From Thermoplasmata archaeon (GTDB taxonomy: Archaea; Thermoplasmatota; Thermoplasmata; Lutacidiplasmatales; UBA184), in NCBI GenBank assembly GCA_028864975.1, contig JAGWLG010000010.1, positions 1 through 64,000 on the forward strand: 64,000 nt of DNA, read 5' to 3'. Position 1 is the first letter of the stretch; the number at the start of each line of letters is the position of its first letter. Positions 17,561-27,700 of the stretch are shown piece after piece. The position numbers and the translations under genes were made by a program. A model generated the notes under the pieces. The model worked only from the letters and a program-made list of their open reading frames with translations. It did no database searches and was not told the DNA's origin.

Positions 17561-19623
17561 GTCGGTCCGCGCGCAGCGGATGCGGGGTCCTTTCCCCCGG
17601 CTCCGGCCGGTCTGTCCGCTTTTCCGTTACGGGGAGGTTTCCACTCGCGGGCCGGGGGACGTCGGTGGCCCGTGCCCGGCTCCGTGTTCTCCTCGGGACG
17701 CTCACGCTGCTCGTCCTCGTTGGTCCCCTTGGGCGGTCGCGGTGCCTTCGGCTTCAGGCCCCCGGACCCCCTCTCTCGGCGGGCCCGTTCGAGACGGTGG
17801 ACCCGGGTGCGGAGCAGGATGATTGCCCCGATGACGGCCCCGAGGCCGCCCACCTCGATCAGGAAGACCGGGATGAGCTGAGGGGGCACGGGGGGCACGG
17901 TCATGGTGAGCCGGATCTGCTGGTTGTCCGAGGTCACCTGCACCCGGGAGGCGGGGGCGCTGTACCCCGTGCCCTGGGCGACCGCCGAGACCTCGTAGGC
18001 CCCCACGAAGGTGTCGAGCCCCTCGAGGGTGACGACGTCCGTGGGGAGGAAGTGCCCGACATCCCCCTGCGCGTTCACCCCTAGGACCACGCAGGCGACG
18101 TTCGGGACCGTGCTGCACAACGAGACCTGGACCGAGGAGGCCGGGACCGAGGGTGGGGAGATGGGTAGCACGCTCACCAGCACGTAGCGGAAGACATGCA
18201 CGGCGACCTCGGCGGAGACCGTACTGATCCCGGCGATGGAGGCGGAAGCACCCCCCGTTGAGACGACCGTCGGGGTCCCCCAGTTGTAGACGCTCACGTT
18301 GGCGCTCCCCAGGACCGAGATCGCGGGCGCGCTCGCGTTCGTCAGGTTCACCCAGGGATTGTAGAAGACCATCGGGAACCCGAAGTGGGAGCTTCCGTTG
18401 GCCGTGAAGTTCCCCGTGGCCGCCGAGGTCACGGACGCGGCGCCGGGTCCGAAGCTCGAGTTCTCGACAGCCACGTTGACCGAGGAGGCGACCGCGAGGA
18501 CCGAAACCTGCGCATGGGCGATCGAGAGCTGGTGCAAGGGTCGAGCGATGGTCAGGTCGTTCACGACGACCTGGTCCGACGCGCTCCCCGTGGAACCCAG
18601 GCTCACATCGGTGGTGGCGTTGAGCGCCACGCCCGAGAGGACCGCGTCGTCCACCCCGAAGGAGGTCACGCTTTGCGGCAGGGAGAGGTTGACCACATGG
18701 ACCGGCACCGACGCCGAGACCCCTTGCAGGAGGACCTCGCCCACGCTCCCGCTCACGTTCAGCCAGTGGACATCGGAGCCCGAGTCGCTGAGCTCGGAGA
18801 GGGACCCCTCGAAGGACATCCGCGTGATCCGCGCGCCCCCCGGGGTCGCGCTGGGTCCGCCCGCGCTCCCGTCCAGCACCCCCCCGTTCGCCACCTGGAC
18901 GTTCCCGCCTCCGGCGGCCAGAAGGCTCCCGTTGGTGTAGAAGAACCCCCCCGCGACGGAGAGCCGGGAGAACGGGCCGAGGATGAGCGTGGAGGTGGGC
19001 GAGAGGGTCAGGTTCCCTCCGGTGTCGATCGTGAGGCTCCCGCTCACGAAGAGCCGAAGCGAGAGGCCCTTCTCCACCGAGAGGAAGGAGCTCGGTCCCA
19101 CGGTGAGGCCGCCCGCGACGTTCAGGAAGAGCGTGCCGTTGCCCGAGGCGGAAGCGTTGACCACGATGCCGTCCGCCCCTGAGACCACGAGGTTGCCGCC
19201 GGCGGCGATGTCCAGGTCCTCGTTGAGGTAGCAAGGAGAAGGGGTGGCGAACCCGGGAGGGGAGGCGGTGTTGAACGTGCTGGTCAAGGGGGAGATCAGA
19301 CCCTGGGCGCTGACGCAGTTCGGGAGCGGCCCCTGGGGCGTCGCCCCGATTTCGGGGCGTGCGCTCGGGAGCGAGGCAGGGGCGGGGTCGGAGGTAGTCG
19401 CGTGCGTCACGGTTCCCCTCTCGGAGGGGGCCGCCGTCAGAGATGTCGGCGCTCCCCCCCGTGCTCCGAGGTCTCGCGGGGCCGTGCTCGCGCCGAGAGC
19501 GTGGAGCGGGCCCTCCAAGCTGCCGAGGCTCAGGAGGAGCAGAACGAAGAGCGCGAGGCAGCTCGCCGCGAAGAGGTCCCCCCTCGCTCGTGCGGGATCG
19601 GAAGGCTCGCGGACGTCGCGCAT
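17557..19623 (-). CDS. Secreted or membrane-anchored beta-rich surface protein
   Basis: N-terminal hydrophobic segment, S/T/G/V/N-rich beta-helix-like body with many N-x-S/T sequons, C-terminal TM helix and charged tail. Its stop codon overlaps the convergent gene. Confidence 0.75.
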   Translation of the reverse strand: MRDVREPSDPARARGDLFAASCLALFVLLLLSLGSLEGPLHALGASTAPRDLGARGGAPTSLTAAPSERGTVTHATTSDPAPASLPSARPEIGATPQGPLPNCVSAQGLISPLTSTFNTASPPGFATPSPCYLNEDLDIAAGGNLVVSGADGIVVNASASGNGTLFLNVAGGLTVGPSSFLSVEKGLSLRLFVSGSLTIDTGGNLTLSPTSTLILGPFSRLSVAGGFFYTNGSLLAAGGGNVQVANGGVLDGSAGGPSATPGGARITRMSFEGSLSELSDSGSDVHWLNVSGSVGEVLLQGVSASVPVHVVNLSLPQSVTSFGVDDAVLSGVALNATTDVSLGSTGSASDQVVVNDLTIARPLHQLSIAHAQVSVLAVASSVNVAVENSSFGPGAASVTSAATGNFTANGSSHFGFPMVFYNPWVNLTNASAPAISVLGSANVSVYNWGTPTVVSTGGASASIAGISTVSAEVAVHVFRYVLVSVLPISPPSVPASSVQVSLCSTVPNVACVVLGVNAQGDVGHFLPTDVVTLEGLDTFVGAYEVSAVAQGTGYSAPASRVQVTSDNQQIRLTMTVPPVPPQLIPVFLIEVGGLGAVIGAIILLRTRVHRLERARRERGSGGLKPKAPRPPKGTNEDEQRERPEENTEPGTGHRRPPAREWKPPRNGKADRPAGAGGKDPASAARGPT

Positions 19624-19719
19624 GCCCAGGGTTCGACGGGGCCTCGAAGCCCAGGGGCCCAGAGAGGAGATGAAGTTCGCCCTCGCCCTGAAGGTCGTCG
19701 CCCGCGAGCGGCCCTCGAG

Positions 19720-19725
19720 CTTAAG
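19720..19725. promoter_or_regulatory. TATA-like element upstream of hisS
   Basis: CTTAAG about 32 nt upstream of the hisS ATG. GGGGAGGT Shine-Dalgarno at 19746-19753. Confidence 0.55.
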
Positions 19726-19756
19726 GGCGTGAACGAGGTCCAGCAGGGGAGGTCCG

Positions 19757-21148
19757 ATGCCGTTCCAGGCTCTGCGGGGGTTCCGGGACTACCTGCCCGC
19801 GGACGCGGCCGCCCGTCGCGCGATCTTCGACACCGTCCGGTCGGTCACCCGCCGCTACGGCTTTGACGAGGTGGAGACCCCCAGCGTCGAGTCGCTCGAG
19901 CTGTTCAAGGTGAAGAGCGGAGAGGGGATCGTCGACGAGACCTTCTCGTTCAAGGACAAGGGCGGCCGGGAGGTCACCCTCGTCCCCGAGATCACCCCGT
20001 CCGTGGCGCGGATCTACGTCGACCGGGCGAAGATCGAACCCCTTCCCGTCAAGTGGTTCTCGGTGCAGAGGCTCTGGCGGTACGAGGAGCCTCAGTCCGG
20101 AAGGACCCGGGAGTTCTCCCAGGTCAACCTGGACATCCTGGGGGTCCCTGGTGTCGAGGGTGAGCTGGAGGTCCTTGCGGTCACGCGGCAGGTCATGGAG
20201 GAGATCGGGCTCGGCGGTCGCTATGTCTTCCGCACGAGCGACCGAAGGCTCGTGGAGGGGCTGGGAAGGGCGCTCGGGGCGAAGGAGACGGACCCTTTCT
20301 TCCGTGCGCTCGATCGGAGGGAGAAGCTCCCCTCCTCGGAGTTCCAGGGAGAGCTCGCGAAGGCCGGGCTCGGAGAGGACGCCCGAGGCCGTCTCACGAA
20401 GCTCCTGACGGACTGCGGCCCCGGCTTGTCCCCGAAGGAGGCCCCACGGGTGCTCGAGGAGGTCCGCGCGTGGCCTGGTCTGGGCGAGGAGGGCGTCCGG
20501 GGGGTCGAAGCGCTCCTCGAGCTCTTCCGTCGGGCCCAGGGCACCGAGCTCGAAGAGGTCCTGGTGTTCTACCCCTCCCTGGTCCGAGGACTGGCCTACT
20601 ACACGTCCACCGTGTTCGAGGCGTGGGCCCGGACCGGGGAGGTCCGCGCCTTGTTCGGCGGGGGGCGCTACGACAAGCTGGTCGAGCTCTTCGGGGGCCC
20701 GAGCGTCCCCGCCTGCGGGCTGGCGATCGGGGACCAGACCCTCGAGATCCTCATGCGCGAGGCGAAGATCTGGCCCGAGCGCCCGCCCGGTCTCGACGTG
20801 TACGTCGCCACGGTCGACCCCTCCCTCGCGCCGCAAGCAAGGACGTGGGCGGAGCGACTCCGGAAGGAAGGGTTCCTGACCGACTACGACCTGCTCGCCC
20901 GACCCCTGTCGCGCCAGATGAAGGAAGGAGGGAGGCGCGGAGCTCGGTCGATCGTGCTCCTGGGTCCCCGAGAGCTCGCGAAGGGCGAGGTCACGCTCAG
21001 AAATATGCGGACCGGTCAACAGGTCGCCGTCGCTTCTGGGGAGGTTGTGCCGTTACTGAAGGCCGATGCGGATGTCGGGTCACCCTCGGCCGCTCCCGCT
21101 CGATCTCCCGCTCGGCCGTCTCCTCCGGGGACCTCGAGCGTACCGTAG
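19757..21148 (+). CDS. hisS: Histidyl-tRNA synthetase
   Basis: LRGFRDYLP, FKDKGGREVTLVPEITPSVAR, WRYEEPQSGRTREFSQ, LVRGLAYYT, GGGRYDKL and a C-terminal anticodon-binding domain. Confidence 0.96.
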   Translation: MPFQALRGFRDYLPADAAARRAIFDTVRSVTRRYGFDEVETPSVESLELFKVKSGEGIVDETFSFKDKGGREVTLVPEITPSVARIYVDRAKIEPLPVKWFSVQRLWRYEEPQSGRTREFSQVNLDILGVPGVEGELEVLAVTRQVMEEIGLGGRYVFRTSDRRLVEGLGRALGAKETDPFFRALDRREKLPSSEFQGELAKAGLGEDARGRLTKLLTDCGPGLSPKEAPRVLEEVRAWPGLGEEGVRGVEALLELFRRAQGTELEEVLVFYPSLVRGLAYYTSTVFEAWARTGEVRALFGGGRYDKLVELFGGPSVPACGLAIGDQTLEILMREAKIWPERPPGLDVYVATVDPSLAPQARTWAERLRKEGFLTDYDLLARPLSRQMKEGGRRGARSIVLLGPRELAKGEVTLRNMRTGQQVAVASGEVVPLLKADADVGSPSAAPARSPARPSPPGTSSVP

Positions 21149-21971
21149 CGCCCGGTGCCGCCGCGTCCCTTCGGGGTGGGCGCGAGGGGACGTGGGACTC
21201 GGTCCAGGGGCGGGGGGCCAGCCCTTCGAGCGTCTCGCCATCGTAGAGGAGGATCCCGGGGGGGCTCTCGGCTCCTCGGGTGTGGCCGTGCCAGTAGACG
21301 ACCGCCCCCTCCCCGAACATGTGCGTGTAGGGTTCGAGCTGCTTGCGCAGGTTGCGTCTGAGCTCCACATCGTCCCCGAAGTTCGCCTTCGATTCGATCC
21401 AGCAGACCTTCTGTCCGTCCAGGACGATGGGATGATCGAGCAGCGCGTCGGGGGTCTTCGCGAACTTCCCTCTCAGGTCCTTTTCGGTCCGGTAGGTCAA
21501 CCCATGCTTCTTCAGCCAGTTCGCGAGGCGGGTCTCGCCCTTGATCCCCCGGGCCCGCTGGATCTCTCCGCCCTTGGGCGAGTAGACCCAGTCCGCCTCG
21601 AGTACCTCTATGACCTCGCGACGCAGGCGGGCGTCGGGGATGGCCTCCGGTCGCCGGAAGGCGTCCCAAAAGGTCCGTCGCGGGGTCTGGCGGGCCTTCT
21701 CGATGAGCTGGGCCATCAGCACCGGGGGGAAGCGGTACTGCCGCGCGAGGTCGAGGTAGCTCCGCCCCCGGTCCCACTCCTTGAGGAGCCGAGGGGCATC
21801 CTTCTGGACCACGTAGAACCGCTTGGTCGCGTCGCGGGTGACCCGGTGGGTGTAGATGACCATGAGAAGGTCCGGGTCGATCCCTTGCTCCCGGGCGATC
21901 CTGTCGACGTCCTCGTACTCCCGGAGCTGCCTCGAGAGCGATTGGTACTCGTCGCGGGAGAGCATTGTCAT
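20997..21971 (-). CDS. C15orf41/CDIN1-like (TPD-motif) PD-(D/E)xK nuclease-family protein
   Basis: KTPDALL..WIESKANFGD..KQLEPYTHMFGEGAVVYW with an N-terminal helical FPPVLMA region. A low-complexity tail overlaps hisS. Confidence 0.85.
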   Translation of the reverse strand: MTMLSRDEYQSLSRQLREYEDVDRIAREQGIDPDLLMVIYTHRVTRDATKRFYVVQKDAPRLLKEWDRGRSYLDLARQYRFPPVLMAQLIEKARQTPRRTFWDAFRRPEAIPDARLRREVIEVLEADWVYSPKGGEIQRARGIKGETRLANWLKKHGLTYRTEKDLRGKFAKTPDALLDHPIVLDGQKVCWIESKANFGDDVELRRNLRKQLEPYTHMFGEGAVVYWHGHTRGAESPPGILLYDGETLEGLAPRPWTESHVPSRPPRRDAAAPGATVRSRSPEETAEREIERERPRVTRHPHRPSVTAQPPQKRRRPVDRSAYF

Positions 21972-22118
21972 GGTGGGGGAAGGACCGTTCGGCCGCTCCG
22001 AAGACGGACCGCGCTTAACGGTAAGGGTCCGTCCACCCCCCGGGTAGCCTCCAGCCATGGTTCCCACCGGGCGAGAACCCGTGTCTGGCGAAGCAGACTA
22101 GTGTTGACATGCGTCAGC

Positions 22119-22235
22119 ATGAGGCTCCCCCATCCGCTCGAGGACATCCTCTCCAACCGTTCGCGAATCCGCGTGGCCAGGGTTCTGCTCTCCATACGCG
22201 GGCGGAGTAGCCGACGGGCATCGGTGCTTCCTTGA
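22119..22235 (+). pseudogene. Possible truncated winged-helix regulator remnant
   Basis: 38-aa ORF MRLPHPLEDILSNRSRIRVARVLL.. resembles the first helix of archaeal wHTH proteins, then stops next to the convergent gene's stop codon. Confidence 0.3.
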
Positions 22236-22967
22236 CTAAAGTGTCGTGGAGCCCACGACCGTCTGTCCATTCAAGCCGTAGACCGCGAGTGACGCCTGAA
22301 CGAGATTCACGCTGGGCGAAGCGACCAGGAGAAGGGTTTGACCCCCGGAGATGGTCACGGGCGCCGGCAGCGCGGAGAGGGAGGTGCATGGAGCCGCAGG
22401 GGGGCCCGTGCACTGTTGCCACCCCGCGCCCGAGAAGATGGCCCAGTTGCTGCCGGTCGAGCCAGGCGGGATGAGGAGGACGTACCAGCCCGCCGGGGCA
22501 GGAAACGCATAGCAGGTGCCGCTCGCTGAGGTCGACGCCGTTCCCGGCGCGGTCGATGAGGACCGGCCCGACTCGGTAAGCGACAGACCGAAATCCGAGG
22601 TGACGAGGGTGTGAGTAGTCCCACCGAGGCCGATGTTGAAGGTATTGTCGGGGCTCCCATCGGCAAGACACGTTCCCGCCGAGCCGGCGGTCATGGAGAC
22701 GGAGACCGGCGAGGGACTGTTGGGGCTCCCGAGCATGTTCCCCTCGAGGACGTGCAGGATGGCGGATAGGACAATGGAACTGACGACGAAGAGGACAACG
22801 ACGAGGATCACGATCGTGACGACGTTGCTTTCCTTCTTAGGCGGCAGGGATGCGACGGGGACAAGCACGTACTGAACGGCCGTCGGAGGGGGGGGAGGCG
22901 GGGGAGGGGGCAGATAGGGGGGCGGGGGCTCGGCGCTCACGCCTGAACCATGGTCATGCCCCCTCAT
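22236..22967 (-). CDS. Single-TM pilin-like exported-domain protein with Pro-rich N-terminus
   Basis: Poly-Pro N-terminus, TM helix VVTIVILVVVLFVVSSIVLSAILHV and a beta-rich domain with four Cys. Start uncertain (22967 or 22940). Confidence 0.65.
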   Translation of the reverse strand: MRGHDHGSGVSAEPPPPYLPPPPPPPPPTAVQYVLVPVASLPPKKESNVVTIVILVVVLFVVSSIVLSAILHVLEGNMLGSPNSPSPVSVSMTAGSAGTCLADGSPDNTFNIGLGGTTHTLVTSDFGLSLTESGRSSSTAPGTASTSASGTCYAFPAPAGWYVLLIPPGSTGSNWAIFSGAGWQQCTGPPAAPCTSLSALPAPVTISGGQTLLLVASPSVNLVQASLAVYGLNGQTVVGSTTL

Positions 22968-22977
22968 CGGCCCTTCG

Positions 22978-23784
22978 CTAGTCCCTCCAGTCGAGCCCAA
23001 GCGTCCTGAGCATGAGCTTCGGGATGGGCGGAGGTCGGCGCTTGTGGCGAAAGGTCCTCACGCGCCCCACGATGGCCTCGACGCGGTCCAAGGGGACCCC
23101 GGTCGCCCGTGCGATCTCCTCGGGCTCGAGCAATCGCTCCAGGCCGAAGAGGATCTGGTCGAGCATCGCATAGGGCATCCCTAGCTCCTCCTCGTCGGTC
23201 TGTCCCTCCCAGAGCCCGGCCGTCGGAGCCCGCTCTCGGACGCTCTTCGGAAGCTCGAGCTCCGCCGCGAGGTCCCACACCGAGGTCTTGTAGAGGTCCC
23301 CGATCGGCAGCAGGTCCACGCCACCGTCCCCGTACTTGGTGAAGTAGCCCAACAAGAGCTCCGACTTGTTGCCGGTCCCGGCCACGAGGGCGCCTCGACG
23401 GCGCGCCTCCTGGTACCAGACGACCATGCGCAGTCGGGCCTTCAGGTTCCCGCGGGCGACACGGTCATCCGTTTCCAGAAGCGGAAGGAACGGGATCTCG
23501 AGCGGAGCCAGTTCCACCTCGCTGAACCCCACGCGCAGGTCGCGGGCGTAATCGGCGACCTCCGCACGGAGCGCGGGGGGAGTGCGCTCGTCGGGTATCG
23601 AGACCGCCCAGACCCTCGAGGGGCCGAGCGCATCCTTCGACAGGCGGAGCACGAGGGCGCTGTCGATGCCCCCGCTCGATCCGATGACCACGCCCTTCGC
23701 TCCCGCCTCGCGCACGTGGGCCCGGAGAAAGCGGTGGATCGTCTCCCGAGCATGGGTCGGGAGCCGAGGGACGAGGGAGTCCAT
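22978..23784 (-). CDS. nadE: NH3-dependent NAD+ synthetase
   Basis: GVVIGSSGGIDSA, GNLKARLRM, GTGNKSELLLGYFTKYGDGGVD, PIGDLYKT and PTAGLWEGQTDEEELG. Confidence 0.96.
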   Translation of the reverse strand: MDSLVPRLPTHARETIHRFLRAHVREAGAKGVVIGSSGGIDSALVLRLSKDALGPSRVWAVSIPDERTPPALRAEVADYARDLRVGFSEVELAPLEIPFLPLLETDDRVARGNLKARLRMVVWYQEARRRGALVAGTGNKSELLLGYFTKYGDGGVDLLPIGDLYKTSVWDLAAELELPKSVRERAPTAGLWEGQTDEEELGMPYAMLDQILFGLERLLEPEEIARATGVPLDRVEAIVGRVRTFRHKRRPPPIPKLMLRTLGLDWRD

Positions 23785-23860
23785 GGGCGAGCGACCCTGC
23801 GCTCATCGTGCATATCGTTTCTTCGGCGCGCCCGGGACGCGTCGTCGATCGAGGTGTCGA

Positions 23861-24763
23861 CTAGAGCCCGGGTTCCTCTGTGGGAGCCGCGCGCTCCGGC
23901 GCTTTCGCGGGTGCGGGGGAGGAAGCGTCGGAGGGAGGAGAGGTCGGAGGGACCGCAGGAGGGGCCGAGGGAGGGACAGAGCGCCCCAACCCCGCGACCC
24001 GTGGCAGCCGGCGGAGCGCCTCGAAATAGGCGACAGCCAAAAGCCCATAGCTGACGAAGAGGGGCGAGAGGAAGTACGTGAGCGGCCCGAAGTCGGTGAA
24101 GAGCCATATCGGGGCGGTGAAAAAGGCCACGAAGAGGGTCGTGAACTGCGCCCCGATCATCGCCCCCGCGAGGATGGCCACGCCGAGCGACCAGCCGAAG
24201 CCGCTCCAGGCAAGCACCTTCCCGGATCGCCCGACCAGATGATCGACCAGAACGGCGAGTCCCAAGAAGAAGTTCGCGATGGCGAGCGCGATGAGCCCTC
24301 CGATGGTCCAGGCCACCACCGGCGGGGTCGAAGAGGCGGCGGCGGCACCGTGCACGCTCCCCAAAACTGCGATGCCGAGCACCGCGACCCCGAAGATGGC
24401 CGCCGCCGTCCACAGGAACTTGTGCCCGCGGTGGATGTTCTTCCGATGAAGGTCCGTCCACTCGTGACGACCGCGGTACATGACGTAGAAGCCGAAGATG
24501 GTGGTGGCGAGACCGAGATAGGTGAACCCCACCCACCCGGGTTGGTTCACATCGTAGCTGACGAACTGGTAGATCTCGGTGGCACCTTCGATGGTGAACC
24601 CGATGAGGAACGTCGCGAGGGCCAGTCGGATCGTCTCGGTCAAGAACCGGCTCCCGTCGAGGCTCTCGCGCGCGATCCTCCACGGCCGAGCGACGGGGAC
24701 CTTGCGCCCCACGGGCCTTCCGCGCCGGGGGATTCCTGCATTCAGAGGTCGATAGTGGGCCAA
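23861..24763 (-). CDS. Polytopic membrane protein (6-7 predicted TM helices)
   Basis: Series of hydrophobic helices and a Pro-rich C-terminal tail. The true start may be downstream of 24763. Confidence 0.7.
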   Translation of the reverse strand: MAHYRPLNAGIPRRGRPVGRKVPVARPWRIARESLDGSRFLTETIRLALATFLIGFTIEGATEIYQFVSYDVNQPGWVGFTYLGLATTIFGFYVMYRGRHEWTDLHRKNIHRGHKFLWTAAAIFGVAVLGIAVLGSVHGAAAASSTPPVVAWTIGGLIALAIANFFLGLAVLVDHLVGRSGKVLAWSGFGWSLGVAILAGAMIGAQFTTLFVAFFTAPIWLFTDFGPLTYFLSPLFVSYGLLAVAYFEALRRLPRVAGLGRSVPPSAPPAVPPTSPPSDASSPAPAKAPERAAPTEEPGL

Positions 24764-24798
24764 CGATAAAGTGGCTGGGGTCCCTCCCCGCGGAGCGC

Positions 24799-27700
24799 AT
24801 GGCGGAGCCCGAGCCCGGGACCGTTCCTGGATCGGCGTCTGCCAAGGCCGTCAGGAACGCCCCTGGCATGCAGGATCGTCTCCCAGTGCCCTCGGAGGGG
24901 CTCGTAGGACGGAGCGAGGAGCTCTCGCACCTTCGGGGGCGCCTGACCGAGGTCCGAAGCGGCCGAGGGCATGCCTTGCTCCTGACCGGACCTGGAGGGA
25001 TGGGCAAGACCCACCTGCTCCGATGGCTTGACCGAGCGGCATCGGACCAAGGGTTCCAGGTGCGATGGGGAACGTGCCTCAAGGAGGCTGTCGCGCCCTT
25101 CTTCGCCTTCGAGCAGGTCTTCCGACGGGTCGAGGGGCGCGAGGAGGCGGTGCCGCACGACGTCGGGACCGATCTCGGAGGGAGCTTGCCTCCCTTCCTG
25201 CTCATCGAAGAGGACCGTCCGACCGCTTCCCGAACGCGATGGTCGGCCGCAAAGGATCCCTCGCTCCTCCTGGTCGTCTCGCGCGACAGTGCGTCCACTC
25301 TAGCTTTCCGCGGGACGCCCCTTCCCCCCGCCGCCCATCTCCTCCGGATGAGCCGTATCGGCGAGGAGGACTGCGTCCCTCCCGGACAACTGGACCTCCT
25401 TGGGGAGCGCACCTCGGCCCACCTACGTCGCGCCCCCGGGTCGATCGTGTCGCTGGAGGGGGCCGAGTACCTGGTGAGCCAGAACACCTTCGCGGGCTTC
25501 CTCCAGCTGGTCCAGTACCTACGCGACGTGGCCCAAGAGTCGGGAGGCCACCTCGTGCTTTCGCTCAACCCCGAGGCCTTCGACCCTCGCGAGGTCTCAC
25601 GGTTGGAGGCCGAGGCGGAGGTGCTCCGCCTGCGCCGGAGCGCCAAGGGTCACGGTCCCGACGCCCAAGGTGCCGACCGAGACTCGGAACCTCCGGCGGC
25701 GACGCTACTGCGCTACCTGGGAAGCTTGGAGTCCTCCGCGGCCCGGGCACCTCAGCTCGTGGTCCTGGATGACCTCCACTGGGCAGACCCTTCGACGGGG
25801 CTGGCTTTCCAGTTCCTTGCCAGGAACTGCCGGGACCTTCCGGTGCTCCTCGTCGGAGCTGCGCGAGGGGAGGAGGTCTCCGAGGTGGTCACGGCGGAAG
25901 GGACCTCGCTCGGGGACCGTCTGGAGTCGATGGAGCGCGATGGCGTGCTGGAACGGCTTGTCCTGACGCCCTTCCTTGCCGCCGACGTGTACGCGCTCGC
26001 CGCACGCGTGCTCGGCTCCCGGCTCGCCGCGGGGTCGGATCCCGAGGTCTCCGAGCTCCTTCGCAGGACCGAGGGGAACCCGTACTTCCTTCGCGAGACG
26101 TTGCTCCAGCTCCGCGAGGACGGCGCCCTCCGAGTCGCCCCGGGAGGTGAGCTGCGCTTCGAGCGGTCTCGGACGGCCCACGGCCCTCCATTGCGGCTCC
26201 CTACGAGCCTCAAACGCCTCGTGCTCCGGCGCCTCTCGGCCCTCTCCCCTGAGGACCGTGGGCTGCTGGCGACCGCGGCCGCCGCGGGGAGCATCTTCGA
26301 TGTCGCACCGGTGGCGGCGGTCCTGGGTCGGGATGCGGAGCAGGTCGAGGCTCGGTTCGAGGAGCTCTCCACACGTCATCGACTGCTCGAGAGGGCGGGA
26401 GGGGACCGGGCGCGGGAGTCGGACCGATGGGAGTTCTCCCATCCGCTCGTATGGGAGGCCACCTGGGAGGAGCTCGGCGTCGCGGGCCAGCGGCGAGAAG
26501 CACGCCGACTCTTCGCTTGGTGGTCAGAGGTCCGGTCGGACGAGGTGGAGTCGCTCGCGGCGCTAGGCCACGCGACCGGCGATCCCGCCCTGGGGCGACC
26601 CTGGCTCTCCCGGGCCTTCGGGCGCGCGATGGGTCGCGCGGCTCTCGAGACCGCGAGCACCTACCTGCTCTGGGCGGCGGACCTGCGGCGGAGCGGGAGC
26701 GCGCCGATGGACCGGGACCTTCTCGAGGAAGAGGTGGGATTCGCCTGGCGCGTCGCTCAATCGGGTGGGGGGCGTCTGGTTCGACCCGCGCTCGAACGTC
26801 TTCTCTCAGAGCCTCTGCCGAGCTCCGTCCGGTGGGAGGCGACCTCGGCGCTGGTCTCCGGGCTCCTCACGATCGATTCCGAAGAGGCGGCGCGGGTCCT
26901 GGACGGGCTGGGGTCGGAGATCGCGCGGGCGGGAGATGCGGTCCCCTCCTCCGTCCGTCATCGCGTGGAGGCCGTTACCGTGAGCCTGAAGGCCCAGCAG
27001 GACCGCAACCAGGAGACCCTCGACCACGCGCTGCCGTTGCTCGCGATCCCTCCGGAGGAGATCGACCCCGACCTGCGAGCGATGATGGTCGTCGCGACCG
27101 TCAACGCCCAGGTGTACCTGGGTCGCCCCGTGGAGGCGGAGGCGCTCCTTCGGGCCGAGACCCCTCGACTGCTGCAACTGGGCGACATGGGTCTCGCCCG
27201 GGTCGAGAACCTGCGGATGATCTTCGCGCGTCTTTCGGGGGACGAGAAGGAGGCGATCCGTGCGGGTCGTGCCGCTCAAGATGCCCTGTGGCGTGCCGGC
27301 CGTGTGCTGGGGGCGGGCATCGCCGAGTACAACCTCGGGGGGGCCCTGGTCGAGCTCGGCCGCCTCGAGGAGGCGGATGGCATGGCCGAACGGTTGCTCG
27401 ACCTCGGCAAGAAGTTCGACATGCCACGCCTGCGCTGCAGCGGGAGCTACCTCAGGGCCGAGGTCCTGGTGGCGCGGGAGGCCTGGGCGGAAGCGCGCCC
27501 CTGGTCGGAGAGCGCCCTGAGGGACGCCGAGTCGATGAAGCGAGAGGATGACCTGCTCGACTGCCGAGTGCTCCACACGCAGGTGCGGGGCCACCTCGGA
27601 GAGCTCGACACGGCCGTCCAAGCGCTGCAACAGATGGACCGGGACGGGGCCTTCTCCTCCCCCGCGAACGCTGCCGCCTATCTCGAGAAGCTTGCCGACC

